From: Psammoneis japonica
Lineage: Eukaryota
Reading direction: 5' to 3'
Assembly: GCA_008632985.1 (NCBI GenBank)
Contig: QPGO01000202.1
Location: forward strand, 62,001 to 126,000
Length of the DNA: 64,000 nucleotides
Shown here piece after piece: positions 61,247 through 64,000 of this stretch. Positions within the stretch are counted from its first letter, which is position 1, and every line of letters begins with the position of its first letter. The translations under genes and the position numbers were made by a program. The notes beneath the pieces are model-generated. The model had not been told where the DNA came from, searched no databases, and worked only from the letters and a program-made list of their open reading frames with translations.

Positions 61247-64000
61247 TTCGCCTCCCTAATTGCACATTAGAGTCAGTCGTTAAACGGCATTATTCGACGA
61301 ACATTGACAGTGTCAATAACGTTACCGCGTTTGATCTGTACTGTGCCATTAGTATGTACCGTTGTTATTACATACGGTCCAACATAGGGCTGTTCTAATT
61401 TTTGCGAGTCTTTCTCGAGTAGTATCTTTTCTCCTACTCTGTACGTGTAAGGAGTACGTCGAGCATTCTCTCGAGCGTTATTTTTATTTATGATTTCTTG
61501 TTTTCGCTGCTGGATTAATTTCCAGTCCGCGACATGTTGGACGTTAAATATCATGTCTCTATTGAAGACTAGTTGTCCTGGTGTAGATTGCGTAGTAGCA
61601 TGATACGTAGAACGTACTGCAAACGCTACCGCTGATAGTGTTCCAGCGAAAGGATCCTCAGTATCTAGAGGTGTATGTTGCAAATCAAATGTATGGAGCA
61701 TGTTCCCCAGCACTTGATGTACGCGTTCAACAATTGCGTTTGCTTGTGGATTTCGTGTGGTTGTAGGCTTGACTTTAATGCCATGACCATCTTGCACCAT
61801 TTCTCTAAATTGGTGTCCGATGAACTCACTTCCACGGTCACATGTAATTGACGATGGCCAAGGATGTCCACTTGGCCATGTTCGTTCTAACAGTCCAGCC
61901 ACAGTTGTGGACTCCTTGTTTGGGATTTCCACAACTTCAAACCATCCGGTTGCTGGATCGATCGCAGTTGAACATTTCAGGACTGGGGGTTTTTCCTTTC
62001 CCTTGCGACGCACTTTGTATGGCCCAACAAGGTCCACACACAGTCGTTCCCATGGTGCGGATTCTGCGCACTTGGGAGGTAAATGTCCACATTTCTTGTG
62101 TTTCTTTTTGAATTTTTGGCACGTCTCACATCTCGACACGTGTTTTCGTATGTCTTCACGTGAGGTGGACCACCGTGGGTGTTGTGAGATTGTTTCTTCT
62201 GTTCGATTTATGCCAGGGTGAAGAAGGTGCGCATGATGCCAATCCATCACTGCCTTTTGCAATGTCCTCGGGACGACAATTTCATCCTTGTGACATGTGA
62301 GCAACCGGTCTCGCTCGCCTCCACGAAAAGTCTTCGTATGAAACGTCTTGTTTGACAATTGGGAGAGAATGTCTTTGTCCCATTTTTGTTCACAATCAAG
62401 AACTTTGCAATTTAACGGAAAGACATTGTCGCAGGATTTTGGTGGGGACCTTTTCAGCTGGCTCTTCTGTGCTGAGGGTTTCCATGGGTTCTATTTTCTT
62501 CATGGCAAGTCGGCCAATCGTGTCTGCGACAATGTTTGCCTTGCCCTCAAGGCATGTCATTTTGGGACTGCACTCTTCTGTCATTAGACGCCAATGCATG
62601 ACTCTGTCCGTTGTGAAATTTTTGTGTGTGAGATTTTTGTGATCCGCACGCATGTTTGTCTGTTGGCCAAACAGTGTGTTGCGGAACTCTTTTAACGTCT
62701 CCACTGTGGACAACAGCTCTTTTTCCGTTGCAGCACAACGCGTCTGCGCTCCATTCAGCTTGCGGCTGTAGAAGGCAATTGGTCGGTTTTTCTGAGCAAT
62801 GACCGCCCCCAATTTGAGAATTGCTGGCATCGGCACACATCTCAAAGGGGATGTTAAAATTCGGGTGTGACAATGGCATGTCTTTGGAGATGATGCGCTT
62901 CATGTTTTCGAAGGCTTTTTGTTCTGTTTCGGTCCATTGCCACTTTGCTTGGGTAGAAGTGAGTTTGGCTAAAGGAGCTAAAACATGAGATCGTCGAGGC
63001 CACATGTCTCGACAGTGGTTGATCATGCCGATAAAGCGTCGCAATTCCTTGCGAGTTTTAGGAGTTGCGATCGCGTGAATCGCTTCTACTTTTTTTGGAA
63101 TCGGACTGATGCCCTTGCGGGTGATGTGAAAGCCCAGATAGTCTGCTTCGGGTTTAGCGAAAAAGGACTTCTCGGCGTTGACCTTCAATCCGGCTTGTTC
63201 CAGGCGTAAGAACACCGTTTCAAGCTTCTTGAGGTGGTCTTGAAAATCACTTTTTGTAAGACACAATGTGTCGTCAACATAAGTTCTGACGAACTCCAGA
63301 CCTGCCATGAGCTCACTCATGTGCTCTTGGAAAATATCTGGAGCTCCACAGATTCCCATCGGGAGTCTACAGTGCTCACATTTGCCCCAAGGCATGACGA
63401 TCGTGCACAAGCAACGTGCATGCGGCGTCAATTCGATGTGATAGCATCCCATGTTTAAATCTAGGGACGTTGCATGCATGAAGCCTTCAAGCTTCTGTGG
63501 CATGTCCTGAACATTGGGTGGAGGAAACGGAGTGCGAATTAACCTCTCACTTAGCTCACGAAAGTCGGATGAGAACCGAACTCTGCCATTTTTCTTGGGT
63601 TGAACAAAGGTTGGAGCCGCCCATTCAGAACAATTTATTTTTCTTGAGACTTTCAACTTGCACAGTCTTTCAACCTCCTTACGAGCAGTTGCCTCCAAGG
63701 CTTGTGGTGCGGGAAATGGTTTGGCATGACACGGACTCACGCCCGATTTCAACTTTAAATCCACCGGTTTCCCGGTCCATTTGCCTGGAGAACCATCGAA
63801 AAGGTTTTCAAATCTTTTTAAGAGGAAGTTCAGCTGCTTCTGCTCTTCAGGAGTTAGATGAGCAGCTGCTGCGGTCACATTGTTGAGGTTTGCAGCGTGA
63901 TGGTCTGAGTCAAGGATCCGATTGACCCTGTCATTAAGACCAATCACTGCATGAGATTCCTCAATGTGATCGGCAATCAACTTGAAAACATCGGCATCGA
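60868..64000 (-). mobile_element. Ty3/Gypsy LTR retrotransposon (RT-RNaseH-integrase), runs off the window; missense-hypermutated, frameshifts at ~62820 and ~62400
   Basis: SEWAAPTF, DFREL, LDLNMG.YH, RLPMG, YVDD, DAS, EKELL, DH, HHCC zinc finger, D-D-E core, GPY module; Gypsy domain order. Confidence 0.95.

Noticed and set aside
1..64000. Alternative genetic code or stop-codon reassignment
   Set aside because: Host genes use TAA, TAG, TGA and Tyr codons normally. The depletion is frame-independent and also covers non-coding LTRs and TIRs.
39200..64000. Classical RIP or CpG deamination as the sole explanation
   Set aside because: RIP creates TpA. CpG decay is visible in older relics but cannot produce TAY>TGY/CAY or TA/TG/CA three-state sites.
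60868..64000. ADAR-like RNA editing of retroelement transcripts
   Set aside because: Editing would give A>G on the sense strand only. Both TA>TG and TA>CA occur in the same ORF, and also in a MITE and between tandem duplicates.

Overview
This is a eukaryotic window, most likely from a diatom or related stramenopile (short GT-AG introns, bipartite plastid-targeting peptides). Two gene blocks (~5.2-25.3 kb and ~30.0-39.0 kb) carry LAS1, a DnaJ, ZNF598/Hel2, E(z), a PDZ/2Fe-2S plastid protein, SmD3, a putative lumen protein, a coiled-coil protein, a GH128-CBM, La, a GH5-like protein and a FANCD2-like gene. Three transposon-derived blocks (~1-5.2 kb, ~25.7-29.8 kb, ~39.2-64 kb) contain an RLE-type LINE, a MITE, a Penelope-like relic, Gypsy elements with five related LTRs, a Plavaka-like transposase fragment and a degenerate TET/JBP-like dioxygenase. 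The main signal is that the repeat blocks have almost lost the dinucleotide TpA: I found none by eye in 54001-55456, against 16 in 360 bp of LAS1. Copy-to-copy and protein-motif comparisons show TpA converted to TpG or CpA on both strands, in every element class examined, apparently after chromosomal insertion and faster than CpG decay. This looks like a repeat-targeted mutational defence that runs opposite to fungal RIP. It turns Tyr into Cys/His and erases probable LTR TATA boxes without creating stop codons. The enzyme is unknown; thymine oxidation by a TET/JBP-type enzyme and adenine deamination are both hypotheses. All counts and alignments were done by eye, with no database searches.
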